DNA of 39,463 nt from a virus. Taxonomy: Duplodnaviria > Heunggongvirae > Uroviricota > Caudoviricetes. Positions 7,926-15,918 of the stretch are shown in pieces. The notes below the pieces were generated by a model. That model was not told the DNA's origin. It did not search any database and saw nothing but the letters and a program-made list of their open reading frames with translations. How positions within the stretch are numbered: the first letter of the stretch is position 1; every line of letters starts with the position of its first letter. The stretch is taken from IMG/VR virus record IMGVR_UViG_2875722834_000003, positions 1 through 39,463 of that record; one strand, given 5' to 3'. A program made the position numbers and the translations under genes.

Positions 7926-8114
7926 TTAACTATCATCAATACATGGCACTTTATTCCAGTCGATATCGTTTTTATTGTCGTCCCACATGTCTTTGTTTTT
8001 GTATTTCTCGCTACATCCTAGGCAAATGTTGTATGGCCTACCGATAAGGTTTAACGAAATACGTTGCATTTCATTTGATTCAAACATGTATCCACAGAAC
8101 TGACATTTATGCAT
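7926..8114 (-). CDS. Hypothetical zinc-ribbon-like small protein (62 aa), immediately downstream of N
   Basis: ORF track; ATG 8112-8114 with GGGGTGAGAT leader, 3 nt after the N stop; CxxC (CQFCG) and CxxC (CLGCS) pairs; AT-rich. Confidence 0.6.
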   Translation of the reverse strand: MHKCQFCGYMFESNEMQRISLNLIGRPYNICLGCSEKYKNKDMWDDNKNDIDWNKVPCIDDS

Positions 8115-8117
8115 ATC

Positions 8118-8450
8118 TCACCCCTCATACAGTAGCTTACTGCCTGATTTCATTTTCTGGCGACCAACACAAGTCACCCCCATTTCACTGCGTGGCTTGC
8201 TGTACCATGTGCGCTGATTCTTGCGCTCAATACGTTGCAGGTTGCTTTCAATCTGTTCGTGGTATTCAGCCAGCACCGTAAGGTCTATCGGATTCAGTGC
8301 GCTTTCTACTCGTGATTTCGGTTTGCGATTCAGCGAGAGAATAGGGCGGTTAACTGGTTTTGCGCTTACCCCAACCAACAGGGGATTTGCTGCTTTCCAT
8401 TGAGCCTGTTTCTCTGCGCGACGTTCGCGGCGGCGTGTTTGTGCATCCAT
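8118..8450 (-). CDS. N: Antitermination protein N (lambda type)
   Basis: ORF track 8118..8540 starts at TTG; ATG at 8448-8450 gives MDAQTRRRERRAEKQAQWKAANPLLVGVSAKPVNRPILSLNRKPKSRVESALNPIDLTVLAEYH..., matching recalled lambda N; AGGAGA leader. Confidence 0.9.
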   Translation of the reverse strand: MDAQTRRRERRAEKQAQWKAANPLLVGVSAKPVNRPILSLNRKPKSRVESALNPIDLTVLAEYHEQIESNLQRIERKNQRTWYSKPRSEMGVTCVGRQKMKSGSKLLYEG

Positions 8451-8560
8451 CTGGATTCTCCTGTCAGTTAGCTTTGAGTAACGCGCCGTGATGCTTATCT
8501 CCACGGTTGCTGTCTTGCAGCTGCATTTCGCGCTACTCAAAGCTTTCTGCTTTGAATGCT

Positions 8561-8591
8561 GCCCTTCTTCAGGGCTTAATTTTTAAGAGCC
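8561..8591 (-). promoter_or_regulatory. nutL (boxA plus boxB) for N antitermination
   Basis: Minus-strand RNA reads GCUCUUAAAAAUUAAGCCCUGAAGAAGGGC; boxB GCCCTGAAGAAGGGC is the reverse complement of 8561-8575. Confidence 0.85.
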
Positions 8592-8630
8592 TCACCTTCA
8601 TGGTGGTCAGTGCGTCCTGCTGATGGCTAG

Positions 8631-8695
8631 ATAATCACAAATTGTGTTCGTGCTGTCAACACGAAATGTGATTGTTTTTATCACAACACGTGTTT
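8631..8695 (-). promoter_or_regulatory. pL promoter with three oL operators (non-lambda specificity)
   Basis: Minus-strand -35 TTGACA (8654-8659) and -10 GATTAT (8631-8636), 17-bp spacer; 17-bp pseudo-palindromes at 8633-8649, 8658-8674 and 8679-8695 with half-site AA(T/A)CACA. Confidence 0.6.
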
Positions 8696-8734
8696 TCATT
8701 GATTTTTAAGGTAATTTAATTTTCTTTGGGCAAC

Positions 8735-8766
8735 AAAAAACCCGCCGAAGCGGGTTTGATGTTTTT
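8735..8766. terminator. Bidirectional intrinsic terminator between cI and pL
   Basis: AAACCCGC-CGAA-GCGGGTTT perfect hairpin flanked by an A-run and a T-run; in the leftward sense it ends the cI transcript. Confidence 0.6.
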
Positions 8767-8780
8767 AAGTGGCGGGTATA

Positions 8781-9422
8781 TCAGGAGAATTTCATCATCA
8801 TCTGCACTGCTACGCCGATTATCTTGCAGTTGCCGTCGATTGGGATCAACGGATAGGCAGGGTTAAGCCCTTTCAGGTATTTGTTACCGCCATCAATGAT
8901 TAGCTTCTTGAACGTGGCTTCATTAGCATCTGTCAGCTTCGCAACTACCAGGCTTCCATTAACGGCTTCCTTTCCAGTGTCGAACAGAACCAGCATACCC
9001 TCAGGAACGCTAAGGCCGGTAGGAGCTGTCATTGAGTCGCCCTGAACCCTGAGCCAGAAGGCGTCACCGACAACGTGACAATCTGATTCATACCACTCAT
9101 CCACTGCCTGAGGGTTGTACGGCTCTACGGCCTCACTCCATGCACCTGCGCTAACCCAGCTAATCAACGGAAACTTTTCCCCTGGCTTGTATTGTCCCTG
9201 ATAGTTGTCGCCAAAAAGCAGTTCTGCCGGAGCGACGCCCAAAGCTTTAGCTATTACCTCTGCGTCATCAACACTAACGCTTCTGGTTCCTGATTCATAG
9301 TTGCCGATCCGAGATTGTGAAGCCCAGCCGCAAAGCTCCGCCAGAGCCTTCTGTGAAAGCCCTTTATCTTCCCGTAATCGCTTGATACGCGCGGCGATAG
9401 TTTCTGTTCTGTTCATGCGCAT
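8781..9422 (-). CDS. cI: CI-type prophage repressor (HTH plus S24 LexA-like autopeptidase)
   Basis: 213 aa; N-terminal HTH (LSQKALAELCGWASQSRIGNYESG); Ala-Gly cleavage site (VSAGAW); Ser in GDSM and Lys in VVAKL; divergent from cro across three operators. Confidence 0.85.
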   Translation of the reverse strand: MRMNRTETIAARIKRLREDKGLSQKALAELCGWASQSRIGNYESGTRSVSVDDAEVIAKALGVAPAELLFGDNYQGQYKPGEKFPLISWVSAGAWSEAVEPYNPQAVDEWYESDCHVVGDAFWLRVQGDSMTAPTGLSVPEGMLVLFDTGKEAVNGSLVVAKLTDANEATFKKLIIDGGNKYLKGLNPAYPLIPIDGNCKIIGVAVQMMMKFS

Positions 9423-9426
9423 TTTA

Positions 9427-9493
9427 TATCACATTCCGTGGTTTAAGGCTTTACACGATTTGTGTTGACTATCAATCACAATATGTGTTTAAT
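9427..9493. promoter_or_regulatory. oR operators (three) with divergent pRM/pR
   Basis: 17-bp sites at 9427-9443, 9451-9467 and 9474-9490, spaced 24 and 23 bp, same half-site family as oL; -35 TTGACT at 9465-9470, candidate -10 TTTAAT at 9488-9493 for pR. Confidence 0.6.
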
Positions 9494-9526
9494 AAAGACT
9501 GAGTGAACTAGCTCTTAAGGAAACCT

Positions 9527-9742
9527 ATGAACAACATTGCCAACGAACGGAAAAAACTTGGCATCACTCAATCTGCGTTAGCAGGCGCGTGTGGCTGGAA
9601 CCAGTCCCGCTTAGCTAACTACGAGTCAGGTATCCGGACTCCAGATTTAGAGTCGTGCCGTCGCCTGGTAAAGGCGCTGAATAAATTGGGGAGCAAGACA
9701 ACGCTAGATGGCTTGTTCCCGCCGGAACACAAAGCCGCTTAA
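9527..9742 (+). CDS. cro: Cro-like HTH repressor
   Basis: 71 aa MNNIANERKKLGITQSALAGACGWNQSRLANYESG...; AAGGAAA Shine-Dalgarno; first gene rightward of oR. Confidence 0.8.
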   Translation: MNNIANERKKLGITQSALAGACGWNQSRLANYESGIRTPDLESCRRLVKALNKLGSKTTLDGLFPPEHKAA

Positions 9743-9750
9743 GACATTCC

Positions 9751-9782
9751 CGCTCTTACACATCCCCGCCCTGAAAAAGGGC
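9751..9782 (+). promoter_or_regulatory. nutR (boxA CGCTCTTA, boxB GCCCTGAAAAAGGGC)
   Basis: boxA at 9751-9758 and boxB at 9768-9782, directly after the cro stop; matches recalled lambda nutR. Confidence 0.85.
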
Positions 9783-9861
9783 ATCAAATTAAACCACACC
9801 TATGGTGTATGCATTTATTTGCATACATTCAATCAATTGTTATCTAAGGAAATACTTACAT

Positions 9862-10140
9862 ATGCAACTTACAAGTACTCGCAAGAAAGCGAATGCAATT
9901 ACAAGCAACATCCTGAATCGAATTGCTGTACGTGGTCAGCGAAAGGTTGCCGACGCGTTAGGGATTAATGAATCGCAAATTTCGCGATGGAAAGACAGCT
10001 TCATCCCCAAAATGGGAATGCTTCTTGCTGTTCTTGAATGGGGTGTTGAAGACGAGGAGTTGGCGGAACTGGCTAAGAAAGTAGCCAGAATGCTGACAAA
10101 AGAAAAAGCCCCGAAGAACGGCGAATTCTTCGAGGCCTGA
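9862..10140 (+). CDS. cII: CII-type transcriptional activator (P22 C1-like)
   Basis: ORF track 9802..10140; ATG at 9862 behind the lambda-like leader TAAGGAAATACTTACAT; MQLTSTRKKANAITSNILNRIAVRGQRKVADALGINESQISRWK... aligns with lambda CII. Confidence 0.8.
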   Translation: MQLTSTRKKANAITSNILNRIAVRGQRKVADALGINESQISRWKDSFIPKMGMLLAVLEWGVEDEELAELAKKVARMLTKEKAPKNGEFFEA

Positions 10141-10174
10141 TGTAGAAAGACTGGATCAATCCACAGGAGTAATT

Positions 10175-10336
10175 ATGACAAAACGTCGTAAGAAATACCA
10201 GGAAAAAGAAGAGATTCGACACCCTGATTCACCTGAGGGATTAGTGGTAGCCGCAGCAAATAACAGGGCGTTCGCAGAGCGCCTTGTTGGTGTTTACAGA
10301 CTAGCCAAAGCAGGAGTGAAGCATGGGCGTCGTTAA
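10175..10336 (+). CDS. Hypothetical small basic protein (53 aa)
   Basis: Not in ORF track; ATG 10175 with AGGAG 5 nt upstream; MTKRRKKYQEKEEIRHPDSPEGLVVAAANNRAFAERLVGVYRLAKAGVKHGRR; overlaps the O-like start by 14 nt. Confidence 0.4.
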   Translation: MTKRRKKYQEKEEIRHPDSPEGLVVAAANNRAFAERLVGVYRLAKAGVKHGRR

Positions 10337-11213
10337 GTTAGCTGATTACAGGCATAACCCTGTACAACATCAGGAGGCATCCAGTATGGGGTATGTCTCT
10401 ATACACCGCCAGTTTATGGACAGCAGGCTCTATAAGGACTCTCAGGCAGTACATCTTTGGCTTCACTTAATCCTCAAGGCTAATCACGAATCTACTGTCG
10501 TCAATACGGATATCGGTCCGATAACTGTTGATCGCGGTCAGATGATAACTGGACGCCCGTCGCTGGTCAGAGAAACATTCATCCCCGACAACAAAGTTCG
10601 GAGCTTATTACGGACTTTTGAGTCGAAAGGGATGCTTAATATTTGCTCGATGGGGAAGAAATTTAGCCTGTTTACAATCGTTAAATATGACGATTTTCAG
10701 GCAAAAAATTGTCCAACGGTTGTCCAACGGTTGTCCAACGCAAACACCAGTAATGGTGCGGCTCTCAGCGGAGATTGTCCAACGGTTGTCCAACGGTTGT
10801 CCATAAACAATAATATAAATAATATCTCTAATACTGACGTATTAGAGAGTGCCACAGCAGACAAAAAGTCTGACAAGAAAAAACCTTCCGTCAGCTGTCA
10901 GGATGTTGTCGATGCTTACCACGAAATCCTTCCTGACGCGCCAAGAATCCGCGCACTGAATGACAAGCGTAAAAACCAGATCCGAACGTTCTGGCGCAAA
11001 GCCGGAGTGATAACCCGCCAGCTTGACGGGCATGGGTTCACGATGCAGGACTGGAGAAATTATTTGAGCTACGTAGGCGAAAATTGCCGATGGATGTTCG
11101 AAGAGCGTCCAAACCATCAACGCGGAACTGTCTGGCACAAAAAGGGATTTGATTTCCTGCTTAACGATAATACCTACCTGAAAGTTCGTGAGGGTGAACA
11201 CGATGACCGATAA
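10323..11213 (+). CDS. Replication initiator (O-like / P22 gene 18 analogue) carrying the origin
   Basis: 296 aa; AGGAG leader; tandem iterons and an AT-rich tract lie inside the coding region as in lambda O; sits directly upstream of the helicase. Confidence 0.65.
   Translation: MGVVKLADYRHNPVQHQEASSMGYVSIHRQFMDSRLYKDSQAVHLWLHLILKANHESTVVNTDIGPITVDRGQMITGRPSLVRETFIPDNKVRSLLRTFESKGMLNICSMGKKFSLFTIVKYDDFQAKNCPTVVQRLSNANTSNGAALSGDCPTVVQRLSINNNINNISNTDVLESATADKKSDKKKPSVSCQDVVDAYHEILPDAPRIRALNDKRKNQIRTFWRKAGVITRQLDGHGFTMQDWRNYLSYVGENCRWMFEERPNHQRGTVWHKKGFDFLLNDNTYLKVREGEHDDR
10709..10807 (+). repeat. Origin iterons: two clusters of three 11-bp TTGTCCAACGG repeats
   Basis: Copies at 10709, 10720, 10731 and at 10775, 10786, 10797 (last copy degenerate), read directly. 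Confidence 0.85.
10709..10848 (+). promoter_or_regulatory. Putative replication origin (iterons, AT-rich tract, 24-bp palindrome)
   Basis: Iterons, then AT-rich 10803-10824, then perfect inverted repeat TCTCTAATAC-tgac-GTATTAGAGA at 10825-10848; same architecture as lambda ori. Confidence 0.65.
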
Positions 11214-12639
11214 TTTTTATGCGCCGCCCCATAGCATCGAGGCAGAGCAGGCGGTGATTGGTGGATTGCTTCTGGATGATGACAGCAGTGAGCGCGTCCA
11301 GAAGGTTCTGGTGATGCTGAAGCCTGATTCATTTTACAGCCGGCCACACAAAATCATTTTCGAAGAAATAACCAGAATGCACCGTGAGCAAAAGCCAGTA
11401 GATGGCCTGACGCTTTTCGATGAACTGGAGCGTAAATCGTTAACGGCGTCTGTTGGCGGTTTTGCTTATATCGCTGAGATCGCAAAGAACACGCCAAGCG
11501 CAGCAAACATCGTTGCTTATGCAATGCAGGTTCGCGAAACCGCAATGGAACGCTACGCCATCAACCGCATGACTGAAGCGACGGAATTGCTCTATTCCCG
11601 CAATGGAATGACTGCAACGCAGAAGTACGAAGCTATTCAGGCGATTTTCACGCAACTGATAGACCATGCAAAAACCGGATCGCGTCGCGGCCTTCGTTCA
11701 TTTGGTGAGGTCATGGAAGACTGGGTTAGCGACCTTGAGAAGCGATTTGACCCGTCAGGCGAACAACGAGGAATGAGCACAGGGATCCCATCGCTGGACA
11801 GGATGCTGTCACCGAAAGGTCTGGTGAAAGGCTCTCTGTTTGTCATTGGCGCTCGCCCTAAGATGGGGAAAACGACGCTATACAGCCAGATGGCAATCAA
11901 CTGCGCAGTGCATGAGAAAAAGCCCGCTCTGATGTTCAGCCTTGAAATGCCAGGTGACCAGATACTGGAAAAACTGGTGGGACAGAAGTCAGGTGTTAAC
12001 CCGAATATTTTTTACCTTCCGGCGACAAATGACGCTGATGACGGCTATCAGGGTGATTACGATGGTGACTTCAATAGGGCGATCGAAACAGCCAATCGCT
12101 TGAGTGAAATCGACCTGCTTTACATCGACGACACGCCGGGGTTATCTCTGGCTCAAATCGTCAGCGAAAGCCGTCGAATCAAGCGAGAAAAAGGATGTGT
12201 TGGCATGATTTTGGTCGATTACCTGACACTAATGACCGCTGAAAAGGCCGATCGCAACGACCTTGCTTACGGCATGATCACCAAAGGACTGAAGAACCTT
12301 GCCAAAGAGCTTGATTGCGTTGTTGTGCTTCTGACACAGCTTAACCGCGCACTGGAAAGCCGAACCAATAAACGCCCATTACCAAGTGACTCACGAGATA
12401 CAGGGCAGATTGAACAGGATTGCGATTATTGGGTTGGGATCCATCGGGAAGGTGCTTTTGATGACAGCGTTCCTCCTGGTGAAACCGAACTAATCCTTCG
12501 TCTCAATCGTCATGGCAATACCGGCACGGTGTATTGCATACAGGCAAATGGCGCTATTTATGACACAGACCAACAGTCTGCTGAAATGCGCCGACGTGAA
12601 CGCGAGGAACCGCAGTCCAAGAAGAAAGGAGGATTCTGA
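11203..12639 (+). CDS. DnaB-family replicative helicase (P22 gene 12 type)
   Basis: ORF track 11188..12639 starts at GTG; ATG 11203 with GAGGGTGA upstream; MTDNFYAPPHSIEAEQAVIGGLLLDD... typical DnaB N-terminus; Walker A-like ARPKMGKT. Confidence 0.85.
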   Translation: MTDNFYAPPHSIEAEQAVIGGLLLDDDSSERVQKVLVMLKPDSFYSRPHKIIFEEITRMHREQKPVDGLTLFDELERKSLTASVGGFAYIAEIAKNTPSAANIVAYAMQVRETAMERYAINRMTEATELLYSRNGMTATQKYEAIQAIFTQLIDHAKTGSRRGLRSFGEVMEDWVSDLEKRFDPSGEQRGMSTGIPSLDRMLSPKGLVKGSLFVIGARPKMGKTTLYSQMAINCAVHEKKPALMFSLEMPGDQILEKLVGQKSGVNPNIFYLPATNDADDGYQGDYDGDFNRAIETANRLSEIDLLYIDDTPGLSLAQIVSESRRIKREKGCVGMILVDYLTLMTAEKADRNDLAYGMITKGLKNLAKELDCVVVLLTQLNRALESRTNKRPLPSDSRDTGQIEQDCDYWVGIHREGAFDDSVPPGETELILRLNRHGNTGTVYCIQANGAIYDTDQQSAEMRRREREEPQSKKKGGF

Positions 12640-12667
12640 TGACCATCTACATCACTGAGCTAATAAC

Positions 12668-12699
12668 AGGCCTGCTGGTAATCGCAGGCCTTTTTATTT
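12668..12699 (+). terminator. Intrinsic terminator (tR2-like) before the nin region
   Basis: AGGCCTGC-tggtaatc-GCAGGCCT followed by TTTTTATTT. Confidence 0.6.
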
Positions 12700-12715
12700 G
12701 GGGGAGAGGGAAGTC

Positions 12716-13156
12716 ATGAAAAAACTAACCTTTGAAATTCGATCTCCAGCACATCAGCAAAACGCTATTCACGCGGTACAGCAAATTCTTCCAGACCCAA
12801 CCAAACCAATCGTAGTAACCATTCAGGAACGCAACCGCAGCTTAGACCAGAATCGAAAGCTTTGGGCTTGCCTTGGTGACGTCTCTCGTCAGGTTGAATG
12901 GCATGGTCGCTGGCTGGATGCAGAAAGTTGGAAGTGTGTGTTTACCGCAGCATTAAAGCAGCAGGACGTTGTTCCTAACCTTGCCGGGAATGGCTTTGTG
13001 GTAATAGGCCAGTCAACCAGCAGGATGCGTGTAAGCGAATTTGCGGAGCTATTAGAGCTTATACAGGCATTCGGTACAGAGCGTGGCGTTAAGTGGTCAG
13101 ACGAAGCGCGACTGGCTCTGGAGTGGAAAGCGAGATGGGGAGACAGGGCTGCATGA
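12716..13156 (+). CDS. ninB: NinB (Orf-family recombination mediator)
   Basis: ORF track 12698..13156; ATG 12716 gives MKKLTFEIRSPAHQQNAIHAVQQILPDPTKPIVVTIQERNRSLDQNRKLWACLGDVSRQVEWHG..., matching recalled lambda NinB. Confidence 0.85.
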   Translation: MKKLTFEIRSPAHQQNAIHAVQQILPDPTKPIVVTIQERNRSLDQNRKLWACLGDVSRQVEWHGRWLDAESWKCVFTAALKQQDVVPNLAGNGFVVIGQSTSRMRVSEFAELLELIQAFGTERGVKWSDEARLALEWKARWGDRAA

Positions 13157-14025
13157 TAAATGTCGTTAGTTTCTCCGGTGGCAGGACGTCAGCATATTTG
13201 CTCTGGCTAATGGAGCAAAAGCGACAGGCAGGTGAAGACGTGCATTACGTTTTCATGGATACAGGTTGTGAACACCCGATGACATATCGGTTTATCCGCG
13301 AAGTTGTGAAGTTCTGGGATATACCGCTCACTGTATTGCAGGTTGATATCAACCCAGAGCTTGGACAGTCAAATGGTTATACGGTATGGGAACCAAAGGA
13401 TATTCAGACGAAAATGCCTGTTCTGAAGCCATTTATCGATATGGTAAAGAAATATGGCACTCCATACGTCGGCGGCGCGTTCTGCACTGACAGATTAAAA
13501 CTCGTTCCCTTCACCAAATACTGTGATGACCATTTCGGGCGAGGGAATTACACCACGTGGATTGGCATCAGAGCTGATGAACCGAAGCGGCTAAAGCCAA
13601 AGCCTGGAATCAGATATCTTGCTGAACTGTCAGACTTTGAGAAGGAAGATATCCTCGCATGGTGGAAGCAACAACCATTCGATTTGCAAATACCGGAACA
13701 TCTCGGTAACTGCATATTCTGCATTAAAAAATCAACGCAAAAAATCGGACTTGCCTGCAAAGATGAGGAGGGATTGCAGCGTGTTTTTAATGAGGTCATC
13801 ACGGGATCGCATGTGCGTGACGGACATCGGGAAACACCAAAGGAGATTATGTACCGAGGAAGAATGTCGCTGGATGGTATCGCGAAAATGTATTCAGAAA
13901 ATGATTATCAAGCCCTGTATCAGGACATGGTACGAGCTAAAAGATTCGATACCGGCTCTTGTTCTGAGTCATGCGAAATATTTGGAGGGCAGCTTTATTT
14001 CGACTTCAGGAGGGAAGCTGCATGA
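13153..14025 (+). CDS. ninC: NinC (PAPS-reductase-like)
   Basis: ORF track 13093..14025; ATG 13153 gives [42 protein letters not shown]..., matching recalled lambda NinC. Confidence 0.85.
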   Translation: MINVVSFSGGRTSAYLLWLMEQKRQAGEDVHYVFMDTGCEHPMTYRFIREVVKFWDIPLTVLQVDINPELGQSNGYTVWEPKDIQTKMPVLKPFIDMVKKYGTPYVGGAFCTDRLKLVPFTKYCDDHFGRGNYTTWIGIRADEPKRLKPKPGIRYLAELSDFEKEDILAWWKQQPFDLQIPEHLGNCIFCIKKSTQKIGLACKDEEGLQRVFNEVITGSHVRDGHRETPKEIMYRGRMSLDGIAKMYSENDYQALYQDMVRAKRFDTGSCSESCEIFGGQLYFDFRREAA

Positions 14026-14195
14026 TGCGATGTTATCGGTGCGGTGAATGCAAAGAAGATAACCGCTTCCGACCAAATCAACCTTACTGGAATCGATGGT
14101 GTCTCCGGCGTGAAAGAACACCAACAGGGGTGTTACCACTACCGCAGGAAAAGGAGGACGAGTGGCGAGACAGCGACGAAGTATCACCGACATAA
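14022..14195 (+). CDS. ninD: NinD
   Basis: ORF track 13971..14195; ATG 14022 overlaps the ninC stop (ATGA); [57 protein letters not shown]. Confidence 0.75.
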   Translation: MMRCYRCGECKEDNRFRPNQPYWNRWCLRRERTPTGVLPLPQEKEDEWRDSDEVSPT

Positions 14196-14338
14196 TCTGC
14201 GAAAACTGCAAATACCTTCCAACGAAACGCACCAGAAATAAACCCAAGCCAATCCCAAAAGAATCTGACGTAAAAACCTTCAATTACACAGCTCACCTGT
14301 GGGATATCCGGTGGCTAAGAGAACGTGCGAGGAAATGA
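14162..14338 (+). CDS. ninE: NinE
   Basis: Not in ORF track; GTG 14162 with AAGGAGG 5 nt upstream; (M)[57 protein letters not shown] resembles recalled lambda NinE. Confidence 0.6.
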   Translation: MARQRRSITDIICENCKYLPTKRTRNKPKPIPKESDVKTFNYTAHLWDIRWLRERARK

Positions 14339-14703
14339 CCATGGATTATTCACAGTTAAGTGATTTTGAAATTAACTTAAAAGTCGCGCATATCGTGCTA
14401 GGAAAAAACAATTACGACTGGGATCCAGAAAAGAAAGAAGTTTACTTGGCTGGAATTGATGGTGGTGAGTTTTTGCCTTGCGGATATTTCGACCCATGTA
14501 ATATGGCCGCTGACGCATATCCGATCATCACTGAAAACAAAATTAGCACCATGTGGATGACAGCGGAAAAAGAATGGTGCGCATGGTCAGGAGGTGATTT
14601 AGAGGAAGGTTGTTGGGTTCCTGACTACTGCTTCTGCGGTGAATCGCCTCTCCGCGCAGCCATGATTGTATTTCTCATGATTCAGGACGCCAATAATGCT
14701 TAG
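14335..14703 (+). CDS. Hypothetical nin-region protein (122 aa)
   Basis: ORF track 14299..14703; ATG 14335 overlaps the ninE stop (ATGA); [46 protein letters not shown]... Confidence 0.55.
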   Translation: MTMDYSQLSDFEINLKVAHIVLGKNNYDWDPEKKEVYLAGIDGGEFLPCGYFDPCNMAADAYPIITENKISTMWMTAEKEWCAWSGGDLEEGCWVPDYCFCGESPLRAAMIVFLMIQDANNA

Positions 14704-14872
14704 CCCATCCCAATCCCTTCAATACCAGAAAGAAAGCGTCGAGCGAGCTTTAACGTGCGCTAACTGCGGTCAGAAGCTGCATGTGCTGGAAGTTCACGTG
14801 TGTGAGCACTGCTGCGCAGAACTGATGAGCGATCCGAATAGCTCAATGTACGAGGAAGAAGACGATGAGTGA
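14696..14872 (+). CDS. ninF: NinF
   Basis: Not in ORF track; [58 protein letters not shown] matches recalled lambda NinF. Confidence 0.7.
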   Translation: MLSPSQSLQYQKESVERALTCANCGQKLHVLEVHVCEHCCAELMSDPNSSMYEEEDDE

Positions 14873-15083
14873 TTCGTTTAGTAGCTCTGATTATTTGTAT
14901 TTGGTTTTAGTACCTGTGGCAGAAGTATTCCGCTCTCGATTTCCTGAAGGCTCAGCACCATTTAATGCCATTAGCACTTACTCAAAATGCAGAGTGAAAT
15001 TTACAGGTAAGCGGCTGGAAAGAGAGTGGCAGCAATTCTGCAAAAAACATGACCTAAAAAATGACCCTGAACTGGAGTATTAA
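14865..15083 (+). CDS. Hypothetical nin-region protein (72 aa)
   Basis: ORF track; ATG 14865 overlaps the ninF end; no family recognised. Confidence 0.45.
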   Translation: MSDSFSSSDYLYLVLVPVAEVFRSRFPEGSAPFNAISTYSKCRVKFTGKRLEREWQQFCKKHDLKNDPELEY

Positions 15084-15374
15084 ATGGCTAACCTACGCAA
15101 AGAAGCGCGCAACAGAGAATGCCAGGTACGTATTTACGGCGTATGCAATGGTAATCCTGAAACTACAGTTCTGGCACATTACCGGATGGCTGGAATTTGC
15201 GGAACGGGAATGAAACCTGACGACCTGATCGGAGCATGGGCTTGTAGCGCGTGTCACGATGAAATCGACCGACGCACCCATAATATCGACAACAAAGACG
15301 CCAGACTTTACCACCTCGAAGGCGTGATCAGGACGCAGTCGATACTGCTGAAGGAGGGGAAGATTAAGCCATGA
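15084..15374 (+). CDS. YbcO-like (DUF1364) Cys-rich protein
   Basis: 96 aa with CQVRIYGVC ... CSACH cysteine pattern; same size and position (just upstream of rusA) as DLP12 YbcO; recalled. Confidence 0.5.
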   Translation: MANLRKEARNRECQVRIYGVCNGNPETTVLAHYRMAGICGTGMKPDDLIGAWACSACHDEIDRRTHNIDNKDARLYHLEGVIRTQSILLKEGKIKP

Positions 15375-15733
15375 ACGAATATCAGTTTGTGCTTCCATAC
15401 CCGCCGTCGGTGAATACCTACTGGCGAAGACGGGGAAGCCAATACTACATCAGCGATAAAGGCCAGAAATACCGAAAAGACGTTCAGCAAATCATCCGCC
15501 AACTTAAGTTAGACATTTTCACCAAATCACGACTCCGTATCAAAGTCATCGCAGACGTTCCAGACTCCCGCCGCCGCGACCTTGACAACATCCTGAAAGG
15601 TTTACTCGACTCCCTTATCCACGCCGGATTTGCGGAAGACGACGAGCAATTCGATGACATTCGCGTAATTCGTGGTGTGAAAGTACCAGGCGGACGGCTT
15701 GGAATAAAAATCACCGAACTGGAGAACGCATGA
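15371..15733 (+). CDS. rusA: RusA Holliday-junction resolvase
   Basis: 120 aa; ...PDSRRRDLDNILKGLLDSLIHAGF... matches RusA active-site region (DRRRRDLDN in E. coli RusA). Confidence 0.85.
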   Translation: MNEYQFVLPYPPSVNTYWRRRGSQYYISDKGQKYRKDVQQIIRQLKLDIFTKSRLRIKVIADVPDSRRRDLDNILKGLLDSLIHAGFAEDDEQFDDIRVIRGVKVPGGRLGIKITELENA

Positions 15734-15918
15734 ACGCCACAATTCAAACGATACCAGAGCTTCTTATCCAGACACGAGGCAATCAGACCGAAGTGGCGAG
15801 GATGCTTTCCTGCGCAAGAGGAACAGTGCTCAAGTACAACCGAGACAGCAAAGGTGAGCGTCACGTAATAGTTAACGGCGTCCTGATGGTCACGCCAGGC
15901 AAAAAGGGAAGACGATGA
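15730..15918 (+). CDS. ninH: NinH-like protein
   Basis: 62 aa MNATIQTIPELLIQTRGNQTEVARMLSCARGTVLKYNRDSKGERHVIVNGVLMV, similar to recalled lambda NinH. Confidence 0.7.
   Translation: MNATIQTIPELLIQTRGNQTEVARMLSCARGTVLKYNRDSKGERHVIVNGVLMVTPGKKGRR

Noticed and set aside
8451-8540. N-terminal 30-aa extension of N in the ORF track
   Set aside because: Extension starts at TTG and would read through nutL; the lambda N start MDAQTRRRERR with AGGAGA leader is at 8450.
12639-12719. 26-aa hydrophobic ORF (MTIYITELITGLLVIAGLFIWGRGKS) after the helicase gene
   Set aside because: Its sequence is largely the tR2-like terminator hairpin; hydrophobicity is probably a by-product of the palindrome.
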